DNA of 62,557 nucleotides, the filler included, from Anaerolineae bacterium (GTDB lineage Bacteria > Chloroflexota > Anaerolineae > Epilineales > Epilineaceae): the NCBI GenBank assembly GCA_029262755.1. It is 5 parts of 5 records of this genome, joined end to end, with 100 filler letters (N's around TTAATTAATTAA, not from the genome) between each part and the next. Parts side by side here need not be neighbours in the genome. Positions count along the whole stretch, not along the records: positions 1 to 10,333 come from JAJCYU010000308.1; 4 more parts are not named here. One strand, 5' to 3'. Numbering within the stretch: position 1 is the first letter of the stretch; each line of letters opens with the position of its first letter. The notes beneath the pieces are model-generated. The model ran no database searches. It was not told the origin of the DNA and saw only the letters and a program-made list of their open reading frames with translations. Both the position numbers and the translations under genes were made by a program. Below, piece by piece: positions 1 to 8,171 of the stretch.

Positions 1-242
1 CTACGACGCGCACGATGGCAGGGAGGACACGGCTCTGTCCCCGGAAATCCGCCGCGTCGTGCGCGGTGGCAGTTGGTACGCGGACGGCCCTTATGCTCGC
101 CCCGCTATCCGCATCGCCTACCACCCAGGCGATCGCCTCGACTCCGTGGGCATGCGCTTGGCGCTCGACGCGTAGAGGGCTCGTCGCGGAGGGCACTCTG
201 TGGGTTGATGGCGCCCTCCGCGATTCATAACCAGCGAGCGAG

Positions 243-782
243 TTAGATGTGCCGTCCGCTCGGAATGCCCGTCGGCGCCGGCCCCGGCAGCACGATCACG
301 ATGCCCAGCGCCGCTCCCGGCGTGGGGCCGGGCGCAGGAGTGTTGCCGAGCGTGTAGTCGCCGTTGCTATCGGTCGACGTCGAATCCAGCAGCGTGTCGC
401 CGGAACTACCAAACGTTCCATCGGCATCATCATCAGTGTAGTAATAGACTAACGCGCCAACACAGGGATTGGCGGAACCGGGCCCGCAATCGATGACATG
501 CCCACGCGGATTCGGCACCGCGTACCCCGGCGGCAGTTCGATCACGATGCCGAACACGCCGGACGTGCCGGGCAGCGCCCCAAGCGCGTAGTCGCCGGTC
601 GCATCGGCCTCCGTGGAGTCCAACGTCTCGTCGCCCGACGTGCCCAGGACACCGTCGGTGTCCGCGTCGCGGATGAGGTTCAACTTGATCGGGGGATTGG
701 GATGCTGCGCGTGTGCTGTAGTGTGGGCCACCACGATGAACATTGAGCAAGCCAGGGCAAGTGCGAGGGTCTTGATGAACAT
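243..782 (-). CDS. Secreted protein with two SdrD-B-like (DxDxDG) repeats, paralog 1, 179 aa
   Basis: ATG at 782 with GGAAGAG upstream. Signal peptide MFIKTLALALAC...AHA. Two DxDxDG..G.SGD..LDST..D..GDY.LG repeats. Close paralog of 921-1460. Confidence 0.7.
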   Translation of the reverse strand: MFIKTLALALACSMFIVVAHTTAHAQHPNPPIKLNLIRDADTDGVLGTSGDETLDSTEADATGDYALGALPGTSGVFGIVIELPPGYAVPNPRGHVIDCGPGSANPCVGALVYYYTDDDADGTFGSSGDTLLDSTSTDSNGDYTLGNTPAPGPTPGAALGIVIVLPGPAPTGIPSGRHI

Positions 783-920
783 GTCTCTTCCAATCGCGGC
801 AGTTGCCGCATGTCTTGATGTTGAGCATCTCAAATTGGCCGAAGGGCCGCTGGACCGTGATCCCGCACGTCGTGACATCCGTTACCGACCAGACACCACT
901 GACATGCGCGCCGAATACGC

Positions 921-1460
921 CTAGATGTGCCGCCCGCTCGGCGTTCCCGTCGGCGCCGGCCCCGGCAGCACGATCACGATGCCCAGCGCGGATCCCGGCG
1001 TGGGCCCGGGCGCGGGTGTGTTGCCGAGCGTGTAGTCACCGTTGCTGTCGGTCGTGGTCGAATCCAGCAACGTGTCGCCGGAGCTTCCGAATACCCCGTC
1101 TGCGTCGTCATCCGCGTAGTACAGGACTGTTGCGTTGACGTATGGGTTGGATCCACCTGAGACTGGATCGTTGATTCGTCCACCCGGGTTCGGCACCGCA
1201 TACCCCGGCGGCAGTTCGATCACGATGCCGAACACGCCCGACGTGCCGGGCAGCGCCCCAAGTGCGTAGTCGCCGTTCGCATCGGCCGCTGTGGTGTCTA
1301 AAGTCTCGTCGCCCGACGTGCCCAGGACGCCATCGGCGTCGGCGTCGCGGATGAGGTCGAGGCTGATCGGAGGATTGGGTTCTTGAGCGTGCGCTGTATC
1401 GTGCGCTGCTACGGCGAGCAGGGAGATTGCCAGGGCAAATGCGAGGGTCTTCGTGTACAT
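921..1460 (-). CDS. Secreted protein with two SdrD-B-like repeats, paralog 2, 179 aa
   Basis: GGAGG RBS, signal peptide ending AHA, same length and repeat layout as 243-782. Confidence 0.75.
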   Translation of the reverse strand: MYTKTLAFALAISLLAVAAHDTAHAQEPNPPISLDLIRDADADGVLGTSGDETLDTTAADANGDYALGALPGTSGVFGIVIELPPGYAVPNPGGRINDPVSGGSNPYVNATVLYYADDDADGVFGSSGDTLLDSTTTDSNGDYTLGNTPAPGPTPGSALGIVIVLPGPAPTGTPSGRHI

Positions 1461-1510
1461 AGTTCAGCCTCCAATAGTGGACTCGTGCGTCATCGTGGTA
1501 GGTGTGAGCC

Positions 1511-1543
1511 ACTGTAAGGCGCAACCGTTGCAACACCGTTGCA
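1511..1543 (-). promoter_or_regulatory. Putative promoter: TGCAACGGT direct repeat (11-bp period) just upstream of a TACAGT -10
   Basis: Minus strand reads TGCAACGGT-GT-TGCAACGGT-TGCGCCT-TACAGT, upstream of the 921-1460 start. Confidence 0.45.
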
Positions 1544-1628
1544 TCCACGATCCGCATGCGGTGAAGGCCTTCTGGCGCGGCCGTCCTGATCGGAACACAG
1601 ATCCGTCGCCACCTCACCCCTCACCCCA

Positions 1629-2270
1629 TCACCGCGCCCCCGCCACCCCCGCCATCACCGCCACCACCACCCCACACGTCTCCCCCACCGTCCTGCCCGC
1701 CGTATACACCACCACCGTCGCCATTCGCTCGTACCGGTCGTCCGCCATGAAGACCTCGTTCCAATCCTTCTCCGCCAGGTGCTCGGGCCGCTGCCGCCGG
1801 CGCAGCACGCGCAGCGATTCGCCGCGATCCGCGCTCGGCAGCAGCAGGACAACGTGGGTAACCTCGCCTACCGCTCGCTCCACCCGCGTCTGGTCGGCCG
1901 GGTCCGGCAGGATCGGATGTCCGCCGCCCAGCTCCAACACGCCGCGCGGATGTTCGGCCAAGAAACGAACTACCGCCGCCGCGAAGTAGCGGCGACGGTA
2001 GCCATACCAAGCCCAGTCTCCCTCGCGCTCGCGGATCGACGCCGCGACCACAGGATCGAAGCCGGCGGCCAGCGCGTAGCGTTGCTCACATGCATCAAGC
2101 GAAACGAAGGGCAGGCCGAGCCGCTCCGCGAGCAGACGGCCGACCGTGGTCTTGCCGGCCTTCATGGGGCCAATGAGCAGCACGCGATCTACAACCGACG
2201 GATTGATGGACGCTCCTCCGCGCCGCCCTCGTCTATGAACCACAGCCCCTATCCCCCGCCGACGCCGCAA
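1629..2270 (-). CDS. Shikimate kinase-like P-loop kinase (true start probably near 2190)
   Basis: VLLIGPMKAGKTTVGRLLAERLGLPFVSLD Walker A region and VLELGGG motif. Confidence 0.8.
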   Translation of the reverse strand: MRRRRGIGAVVHRRGRRGGASINPSVVDRVLLIGPMKAGKTTVGRLLAERLGLPFVSLDACEQRYALAAGFDPVVAASIREREGDWAWYGYRRRYFAAAVVRFLAEHPRGVLELGGGHPILPDPADQTRVERAVGEVTHVVLLLPSADRGESLRVLRRRQRPEHLAEKDWNEVFMADDRYERMATVVVYTAGRTVGETCGVVVAVMAGVAGAR

Positions 2271-2547
2271 CCGCCCCTAGTCCACCGACCACCGACCACC
2301 CTACCCCATACGCGCCATCCGGGTTGTTCGACAGCTCGAACGTGCCCGAGCCGTCCGCATGCACGCGGTGCAGAAACCGTGTCACGGGGCCGGGCAAGCT
2401 TGGGCTCACGCGCTCGGTGTAGGCAAGTTGCGCGCCCGTCGGCGACCAATCGACGGAGTCGTGGAAAAGGAAGGGGTCAGAGGACTTCTTCGGGATCTTG
2501 GCGCTCGCGACCTGGATCAGGCCGGAGCCGTCGACCGCTCCCCCGCA

Positions 2548-4950
2548 TCATCGCAGCGCCCGCGGCAGGTACACCGTGGCGCCCACCGTGGCGACCTCCG
2601 TCGCGATCGGTGTGGGCTCCGTTGTGGGCGTCGGTGCCGGCGTGAGGGTCGGGGGCGCCGCTCCGGGCGAATCGAGCTTGACGACGAAGGCGTCCGACCG
2701 GCCTCCGAACTCGCTGACCGGGGCCTGGTGGCCGGCCATGCCTTGGCCGTTGGGGAAGGTGTCCGGGCCCGACTCCGTGTCGCCGACGACGTACACCGCG
2801 CCGTCGGGGCCGACGTCGGCCCAGAAGGCCTGGTCGAACGCCGCGCCGCCGATGTAGCCGCAGAAGTCGACGTTGTCGATGGGCTCGGCGGACGCGGGGT
2901 CTGCGACCAGACGGCAGACGAAGGCGTCGCCGATGTCGCCCGGCGGGCTGTTGTAGGTGTCGTCCGGACCGCCCTTGACCGGGAAGCCCTCACCCTCCGA
3001 GACGAAGCCGACCAGGATCAGCCGGCCCTGCGCGTCGAGGCTCATGCCGGTCGCGAACTCGGTCCCCGTGCTGCCCAGGTAGCCGGCGTAGGCGAATTGG
3101 CTGCCGTCCGGGACGACCTTGACCGCGAAGGTGTCGAGATCGCCTCCCTGGTAGCTCAGGCCGGGCCCCACAACGGGCCCGAGGCTTTCGGCCGTGGAGT
3201 CGCCGCCGCCGCTGAAGTAGGCCGCGCCCTCGTCGTCGACCTCCATGCCGAAGCCAAGGTCCTCGCCCGCGCCGCCGAAGTAGGTCGCGTAGGCCAGGCC
3301 GGCGCCGCCCGGCAGGACCTTCACCGCCCAGGCATCCCACAGCCCACCGAAGCTGCGATCCGCTCCCGGAAGGTCGGCGAAGCCCTCGCCCGTCGGGAAG
3401 CTCGACTCGTCTGAGTTGGTGCCGCCGCTGACGTAGGCGGCTCCCGCGGCGTCGACGGTCACGTGACCGGCGGTCGCCCACAGCTCTTCCGGGCGGTCCG
3501 CGGGCGTGTAGACGTAGACGTCGTGGCCCGTGCCGCCGATGAAGCCGCTGTAGACCACGTTGTCCTGCCAGCTGTCGCTGGTCATCTCGGCCGGCAACAT
3601 CGTGAGGAAGGCGTCGGTCATGCCGTTGTGGCTGAGGTCCGGACCGACCTTGGCCGGGAAGTCGTCCGAGGCGACGACGCCCGTGAGGTAGACCTGCCCA
3701 TGCGCGTCGACCTGGATGCCTTCGCAGAAGTCGCCGCGGGCGCCGCCAAGGTAGCCGGCGTAGCGGAGCGTCTCGCCGGTGGCGTCCAGGCTCGCGACCA
3801 GCACGTCGGCCACGCCTTGGAAGGTGCGCTGCGGTCCGCCGACCACAGGGAAGCTGCTTTCCGTCGACGAGGTCGCGCCGCAGAAGTAGCTGTTGCCCTC
3901 GGCGTCGACGACGATGTCGAAGCTCGCGTCGCCGCCGTCACCGCCGATGAAGGTCAGGAACTCCACGTCGCCGCCGCTGGGGTCGACCTTGAGCACATAG
4001 GCCTCGCGGTCGCCGTCGATCCAGGCTTCGCCGGTCAGGTAGGCAGCACCCTCCGCGTCGACGGCGATGCCAAGGCCACGATCGAGATCGGGCAGGCCCC
4101 AGACGCCGGTGTAGATCGAGGCGACGTCGTCCACGGTCCGCACAGCGTCGACCGACGGGCTGTCCAGCCGGACCTGCCACGGGCGGGACGCCGGCACGTG
4201 GGCGGCGTCCAGACGTAGCAAGGGCCCCTCCGTGCCGCCGGCGTGCAGGACTCCCTCGGCGTCGACGTGGGTGGCGGCGCCCTCCAGCTCGAAGGCCACG
4301 CGATCGAGCGAGGCGCCCGGCGCGGCCACGATTTGCGCCTGCACGGAGCCGGAATCGGCGCGCCATACGATGTCAATGCCCGGCCAGGGCTCGCGCATGC
4401 GGACTCCGCCGAAGCTCGGCAGACCGGTACGCCATGCTTCGGGCGGTCCGTGGAAGAAGTTGAGGCTCGTCGAGCGCGGCTCCAGGCCCTCGACGAGCGC
4501 CGGGCGGGCGCCCACCAGGCGCAATTGAACGCGCTCCGTCGTACGAATCGCGGGGGGTTCGGCCATCGTCCAGTCGCCGAACTCGGGGCTCAGCCGTCGC
4601 AGCCAGAGGCCGTCGGATCGGCCGGCGAAGCCCCGTGCGACGCGGGTCGGCGGCGCCGGCCGGCGCACGACGCGCTCGATCTCCACGCCCTCGGGACCGA
4701 TCCGGACGGCCGCATCCCGCCCCCAGATGCGGAAGCTCGCGTCGGGGCCGTGGTCCTCGGCGAAGATCAGGGCCGGTTGGTCGGCCAGCAGGGCGTTCGA
4801 CGCGCCGTGGCCGACCGTCGGCGGTGTCGCCGGCAAGGTAGGGGGCCCGCCCTGTCGGGTGGCGCCGGCGGGCGAATGGCTCGCGGCGAGCAGCACCGCG
4901 AGCAGCAGGCCGGCTAGGGGGCGGACGAAAGAGCGGATGAGCGTTGACAT
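2548..4950 (-). CDS. Secreted SBBP (beta-propeller) repeat protein with PT linker and C-terminal VYLPRALR tail
   Basis: GGAGG RBS, signal peptide, repeated GIAVDAEGAAYLTG / DAFVVKL / YAGYLGG motifs typical of SBBP proteins. Confidence 0.85.
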   Translation of the reverse strand: MSTLIRSFVRPLAGLLLAVLLAASHSPAGATRQGGPPTLPATPPTVGHGASNALLADQPALIFAEDHGPDASFRIWGRDAAVRIGPEGVEIERVVRRPAPPTRVARGFAGRSDGLWLRRLSPEFGDWTMAEPPAIRTTERVQLRLVGARPALVEGLEPRSTSLNFFHGPPEAWRTGLPSFGGVRMREPWPGIDIVWRADSGSVQAQIVAAPGASLDRVAFELEGAATHVDAEGVLHAGGTEGPLLRLDAAHVPASRPWQVRLDSPSVDAVRTVDDVASIYTGVWGLPDLDRGLGIAVDAEGAAYLTGEAWIDGDREAYVLKVDPSGGDVEFLTFIGGDGGDASFDIVVDAEGNSYFCGATSSTESSFPVVGGPQRTFQGVADVLVASLDATGETLRYAGYLGGARGDFCEGIQVDAHGQVYLTGVVASDDFPAKVGPDLSHNGMTDAFLTMLPAEMTSDSWQDNVVYSGFIGGTGHDVYVYTPADRPEELWATAGHVTVDAAGAAYVSGGTNSDESSFPTGEGFADLPGADRSFGGLWDAWAVKVLPGGAGLAYATYFGGAGEDLGFGMEVDDEGAAYFSGGGDSTAESLGPVVGPGLSYQGGDLDTFAVKVVPDGSQFAYAGYLGSTGTEFATGMSLDAQGRLILVGFVSEGEGFPVKGGPDDTYNSPPGDIGDAFVCRLVADPASAEPIDNVDFCGYIGGAAFDQAFWADVGPDGAVYVVGDTESGPDTFPNGQGMAGHQAPVSEFGGRSDAFVVKLDSPGAAPPTLTPAPTPTTEPTPIATEVATVGATVYLPRALR

Positions 4951-5157
4951 GGGGACCTCCGAGGGATCGCGTCACGGGATGGACGCAGGCAGCCTACCGC
5001 GCGGGGCCCGGCCCACGAAGGCCGATGGGACGATCGCGGGACACATGCGGGACGATCATTCCGCGGCCATGGCCCTGGTTGGAGCGCCGACGGTCACTCC
5101 GTACAATCGATCGGGCAGGGGCCGGCGCTTGTGCCGGTCACCAGCTTCGGGGGAGCG

Positions 5158-8085
5158 ATGCTACTCGAGGGCGTTACCGAGGAGGGGCTCAAACGGGCCC
5201 TGAGCAGCATCCTGGCCGCGCGGTCGATCGAGTCGTCGGCCCTCCTGCAGCTCGACGTGGTCACGGCCAGGGTCGGTCAGGCGCGCGCCGAGGCCCGCGA
5301 GCGTGAGCTGGCGCTGGCGGAGGTGCTCGTGCGCATCGCCCGCGCGGAGCTCGTGCGTTTCCGGAGCTCTTCGGCCGCCAGCGGCGAGGCGCCGGAGATC
5401 GACGGCGACCCGCGCTCCGGCATCGCGTTCGACTTTCAGTGCAGCAGCATCGAGCAAGAGTCGTGGAGCTGCCTCTACTACCGCTATCTCGCGGCCACCC
5501 CGCTGCCCGTTCAGGACATCGCGGCGGTCGTCCAGCCCGGCTCGCCGCACGGTCGCCGCCTGGTCAGCCGTCGGCTCGCCCGCGGCTACGCGCTCCTGCT
5601 GCGGGCGCTCGGCGCGATGGAGCAGCGCTCCCAGGCCGAGCGTGCCGGCGGGACGGACGCGCACGGCGAGCTTGCGCCGCCACGCGAAGCACGGGGCGCG
5701 GGGGCACCGCGGCTGCCCAACCCGCTCGGCCGCTTCGTTGGTCGTGAGACGCAGCTTGCGTATCTGCGCGAGCATCTCGGGCGCGCGCGCCTTGTGACGC
5801 TCGTCGGCCCCGGCGGGGTGGGCAAGACGCGGCTGGCGCTGCGGCTCGGCGCGGAGCATGCAAGTACCCCCACGGAGGCGGTCGCTTTCGTCGATCTCGC
5901 GGCGCTATCCGAGAGCGAGCGCCTGCCCCGCGCGATCGCCTCGGCGATCGGCATCCGGAGCGCGCCGTCCGGGCGCGAGATCGAGGTCATCATCGAGGTA
6001 CTCGACGACCGACCGTGGCTGCTGCTGCTCGACAATTGCGAGCACCTGGTGGAGCCGGCGGCCCGCATCGCAAGGACCCTACTCGAGGCGGTCCCAAGCC
6101 TGTGCATCCTGGCTACCAGCCGCGAAGCGCTGCGCGTACCCGGCGAGCAGGTGGCCCCCATACCGCCCTTGGATCTCCCCGTCTCCGCGGCGGACGACGA
6201 GGCGTCGCGCTCGGAGGCCGTGCGGCTTTTCGCCGACCGGGCGCGCGCGTCCCAGCCCACGTTCGTCGTCGACGAAGCGAACCTGCCTTCGGTCGTCGCG
6301 ATCTGTCGCAGGCTGGACGGCCTGCCGCTGGCGATCGAGCTGGCCGCGTCGCGCGTGCGGACGCTCGCGCCGCCGGAGCTCGCACGTCGCCTCGATCTCC
6401 TCCTGCCCTCCGGCGGCGCCCCGCCTCGCGCCACCGAGGCACGGCAGCAGACGCTCTGGGCGGCCATCGGGTGGAGCTACGACCTGCTCTCTGAGGAGGA
6501 ACGACGAGCCTTTCGCCGGCTGGCGGTCTTCCCGGGAAGCTTCGGCCTGGATGCGGCGCGGGCGGTGCTGGCATCCCCCGCGGAGGTGGGCGCGGACGGA
6601 GGGGCGGACGGCGGTAGAGACGTCGGTGGGGACGTCAGTAGAGACGTCGAGGCGGACGTCGACGAGGTGCTCGAGCAACTGGTCGCCAAGTCGATGGTGC
6701 GCACCGCGGCGCTGGACGACGGCACCCAGCTGCGCATGCTCGAGACGATCCGGGCCTTCGCCCACCATCACCTGCTGGCGACCGGCGAGATGGACGGAGC
6801 GCGCGACGCCTTGCTCGGATGGTGTGCCGTCTTGGTGGACGAGGCGGAGCCGCACCTAAGCGGCACGGAGCAAGTACCTTGGCTGAACCGTATCGACCGC
6901 GAGATGGACACCATCGCCGCCGCGGTCGAGCACGCCCTGCGCGGGAACGGCGCGGCGCGCGAGACCGCGGCACGCATCGTCGCCGGCCTGGACATGTTCG
7001 GACTCTACCGAGGCCACGGGCTCGAGCTGGCCGGCTGGCTCGACCGCCTCCTGGCCGATCCGGCGGACTTCGACGCGCGTCTGCGCGCGCGGCTGGCGAT
7101 GGCCGCCGCGGTTGTTGCGATCGCCGACAAGCGATCCACGGACGCCCAGCGCCACGCCGAGGCGGCCCTCGCGGGCTACGACAGCCTCGGCGACGCGTCG
7201 CGGGTGAGCCACATACGCTACCTCCTCGGCACCGCGCTGCACCACCGCAGCCGCAACGACGAGGCCACGCGCGAGCTGGAACTCGCCCTCGAGGGCTTCC
7301 GCGCGCAGGGCGATCGGCGCATGGTGGGCCGATGTCTGGGCCTGCTGTCCGGCATCGAGCTGGACAGACACCGCATCGACGAGTCCATGGCCCTCATCGA
7401 CGAATCAATTGCGATCCTGAGGCAACACGGCAACCCACACGACCAACCCATCGGCGCGCTCAACCGGGCGATGACACTACGTTACGCCGGTCGCCTGGCG
7501 GAAGCGTGCACCCAGCTCGAGGAGAGCCGCGCGCTCTACACGAGCATCGGCAGCGCACCGGGCGTTGCGCTGAGCGACGCCAACCTCGGCGTGGCTTACG
7601 AGGACCTGGGGCGCATTGCCGAAGCGCGACCGGCCTACGCGCGAGCCGAGCGCTACTACCGTGACCAGGGCAACGTGTGCATGCGGGCGCTCGTCCAGAC
7701 CAACCTGGTCGTGCTCGCCCGATTGGAAGGCCGGGAGCGCGAGCTGCTGCCGGAGGCCCTGAAGAGCCTGCGCCTTGCCTGCCGCTGCGGAACGGACCGC
7801 GTGCGCCTGATGGCCCTCGCGGTGTGCAGCCGGTGCGCCTTCGACGGCGGCCGACCGCGCCTGGCCTTCCAGCTGCTCGCCGCCGTGCGAAGGTTGTTCG
7901 AGCAGGTGGGTACGCAGGTGACCGACCGCGACTTCATCGAGGAGCTGCTCCCCACCGACGCAGCCCTCGAGGATGTGCTGCAGGGTCCGGACGCGCGGCG
8001 CCTCGCCGAGGCGGCACACGCCGCCGATCTCGATACGCTGATCGATCGCTTGGCCGAGGGACGCACGACCGCGGAGGCGCCCTGA
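5158..8085 (+). CDS. STAND-like ATPase (COG3903 type) with TPR C-terminus and N-terminal HTH-like region
   Basis: FVGRE, Walker A GPGGVGKT, Walker B LLLLDNCEHL, ILATSRE, LDGLPLAIELAA, WSYDLL, then TPR-like helices. Confidence 0.88.
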   Translation: MLLEGVTEEGLKRALSSILAARSIESSALLQLDVVTARVGQARAEARERELALAEVLVRIARAELVRFRSSSAASGEAPEIDGDPRSGIAFDFQCSSIEQESWSCLYYRYLAATPLPVQDIAAVVQPGSPHGRRLVSRRLARGYALLLRALGAMEQRSQAERAGGTDAHGELAPPREARGAGAPRLPNPLGRFVGRETQLAYLREHLGRARLVTLVGPGGVGKTRLALRLGAEHASTPTEAVAFVDLAALSESERLPRAIASAIGIRSAPSGREIEVIIEVLDDRPWLLLLDNCEHLVEPAARIARTLLEAVPSLCILATSREALRVPGEQVAPIPPLDLPVSAADDEASRSEAVRLFADRARASQPTFVVDEANLPSVVAICRRLDGLPLAIELAASRVRTLAPPELARRLDLLLPSGGAPPRATEARQQTLWAAIGWSYDLLSEEERRAFRRLAVFPGSFGLDAARAVLASPAEVGADGGADGGRDVGGDVSRDVEADVDEVLEQLVAKSMVRTAALDDGTQLRMLETIRAFAHHHLLATGEMDGARDALLGWCAVLVDEAEPHLSGTEQVPWLNRIDREMDTIAAAVEHALRGNGAARETAARIVAGLDMFGLYRGHGLELAGWLDRLLADPADFDARLRARLAMAAAVVAIADKRSTDAQRHAEAALAGYDSLGDASRVSHIRYLLGTALHHRSRNDEATRELELALEGFRAQGDRRMVGRCLGLLSGIELDRHRIDESMALIDESIAILRQHGNPHDQPIGALNRAMTLRYAGRLAEACTQLEESRALYTSIGSAPGVALSDANLGVAYEDLGRIAEARPAYARAERYYRDQGNVCMRALVQTNLVVLARLEGRERELLPEALKSLRLACRCGTDRVRLMALAVCSRCAFDGGRPRLAFQLLAAVRRLFEQVGTQVTDRDFIEELLPTDAALEDVLQGPDARRLAEAAHAADLDTLIDRLAEGRTTAEAP
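6589..6660 (+). repeat. In-frame 12-bp tandem repeat, 6 degenerate copies (GADG/GADG/GRDV/GGDV/SRDV/EADV)
   Basis: GGCGCGGACGGA GGGGCGGACGGC GGTAGAGACGTC GGTGGGGACGTC AGTAGAGACGTC GAGGCGGACGTC. Confidence 0.8.
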
Positions 8086-8171
8086 CAGCCGGCCGACCCG
8101 CGCGCAGACCTGCGCTCCGAGGCAGGCTCAAGCCAAACGTTCGCGCGCCCGGCCCAACGGTTGAGCTCCCC

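Noticed and set aside
243..330. GIVIVLPG near the end of the tandem paralogs as another copy of the shared tail
   Set aside because: It is the last strand of the internal repeat (compare GIVIELPPGY mid-protein).
2548..2600. C-terminal LP motifs as sortase LPXTG signals
   Set aside because: No TG and no following transmembrane helix.
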